Source: Octopus sinensis
Taxonomy: Eukaryota
NCBI RefSeq assembly: GCF_006345805.1
Contig: NW_021833253.1
Span: 14,947 to 78,946, forward strand
Direction of reading: 5' to 3'
DNA: 64,000 bases
The first letter of the stretch is position 1. Every line of letters starts with the position of its first letter. Both the position numbers and the translations under genes were made by a program. The notes under the pieces are model-generated. The model was not told where the DNA came from. It ran no database searches and saw only the letters and a program-made list of their open reading frames with translations. Shown here one piece after another: positions 62,745-64,000 of this stretch.

Positions 62745-62990
62745 CGCAATCTAAAGGGTGGCAAGCTGGCAGAATCATTAGCACGCTGGGCAAACTGCCT
62801 CGTGGTATTTCGTCTGCCATTACTTTCTGAGTTCGAATTCTACTGAGGTCGGCTTCACCTTTCATCCTTTTGGGGTCGTTTAAATAAGTACTAGTTACAC
62901 ACTGGAGTCAATGTAATCGACTTAATCCCTTTGTCTGCCCTTGTTTGTCCCCTATGTGTGTACCCCCCGGTGGGCAATAAAGAAATAAAA
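62745..62990 (+). mobile_element. tRNA-derived SINE
   Basis: gagttcgaattc B box and cctttcatcctttcgggg-type core. Confidence 0.7.
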
Positions 62991-63009
62991 TCTACTTCAC
63001 AGAAAACAT

Positions 63010-64000
63010 CCATCACTGTAGTTTTCTTCTCCCCACCTCTCCTCTCTCCTTCCTCTGTAGCTCTCTTCTCCCTTCACTCTGTAGTTTGCTGCTCCCTTCT
63101 CCCCACTCTCTGTAGCTCTCTTCTCCTTCCTCTCTAGCTTTATTGGAACACACTTTCGTTTGTTTTCTTCTCTCGGTAGCTTTCTTCTCCTCCCTCTCTA
63201 ACTCACTTCTCCCCTCTCTCAGTAGCTTTCTTCTAACCCTCTTTCTGTTACTCTCATTTCCCCCACTTTCTATTGTTCTCCTCTCCCCACTCTCTGCATC
63301 TTTCTTCACCCCCTCTTTTTGTAGCTTCCTTCTGATCCTCTTTCTGCTATTATCTTCTCCTCATCTCAATTTAACTCTTTCTCCCCTCTCTCTGTAGTAT
63401 TCTTCTGACCCTCTTTTTGCAGCTCTCTTCTGCCTCTTTCTCTCTGTAGCATGCTTCTCCCTTCTCTCTCTAGTTCTCTTTTCCCCTGTCTCAGTAGCTC
63501 TCTTCTCCCCTTTACTGTAGCTTTCAGTTGCTCTCTTTTCCCCTCTCTCTCCCTCTGTAGCTCTCTTCTCCACTCTTTTGTTGCTCTCTTCTTGCATCTC
63601 TCTGTTTAGCTCTCTCCGTGGACATTCTTCTGATCCTCTCTCTGTATCTCTCTTCTCCCCTCTCTCTCTCTCTGTAGCTCTCCTCTCACTTCTATCTGTA
63701 GCTCTTTTCTCCTCTCTGTACCTTTCTTATGATCCTCTTTCTGTTTTAATATTCTCTCTGTCACTTTGTAGCTCTTTTCTCCCCTCTCTCTATAGGCCTC
63801 TTCACTTCTTTCTCTGTAGCTCTATTCTCCCCCCCACTCTCTGTAGTTCTCTCCTCCCCTCTTTCTGTTGCTCTCTTCTCCCCACTCTCAGTTGCTCTTT
63901 TCTCCCCTCTCTGTAGCTCTTTCCCCTCCCTCTGTAACTCCCTTCTTCCCTCTCTCTGTTGCTTTCTCCTGACACTCCTATAGCTTTCTTCTGACCTTCT
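63010..64000. repeat. Pyrimidine-rich degenerate minisatellite (ctctctgtagctctcttctccc-type units)
   Basis: tgtagct recurs about every 20-30 bp and the array runs off the window end. Confidence 0.88.

Noticed and set aside
63013-63916. E/R/K-rich or L/S-rich ORFs
   Set aside because: Artefacts of the purine/pyrimidine minisatellite.

Overview
Repeat-dense animal genomic DNA. The SINE families, microsatellite load and TE mix suggest Octopus (cephalopod); this is an inference. Most of the window is nested transposon debris. It includes two old nested Ty3/Gypsy elements (1.0-5.8 kb), a Penelope-like element with hammerhead ribozymes (5.8-8.6 kb), Dong/R4-type and other RLE LINEs, RTE LINEs, tRNA-derived SINEs, MITEs, Helitrons, a mariner, and one young full-length Gypsy element (28734-33255, 5-bp TSD GTATC) sitting inside a 69-bp STPR-like coding tandem array. 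The only clear host gene is a minus-strand PARP14/15-like mono-ADP-ribosyltransferase. Its last three coding exons (52634-52501, 51816-51639, 46988-46723) splice in frame with GT-AG introns, and two of them are absent from the ORF track. Downstream on the same strand lies a partly triplicated 5'-exon module (16.7-24.6 kb) with perfect splice donors, IRF/ISRE-like motifs and a 12-nt microexon. Other oddities are four hammerhead motifs, a perfect 291-bp palindrome and a 1.1-kb inverted duplication of a dead LINE. All alignments were done by eye; no database search or folding program was run.
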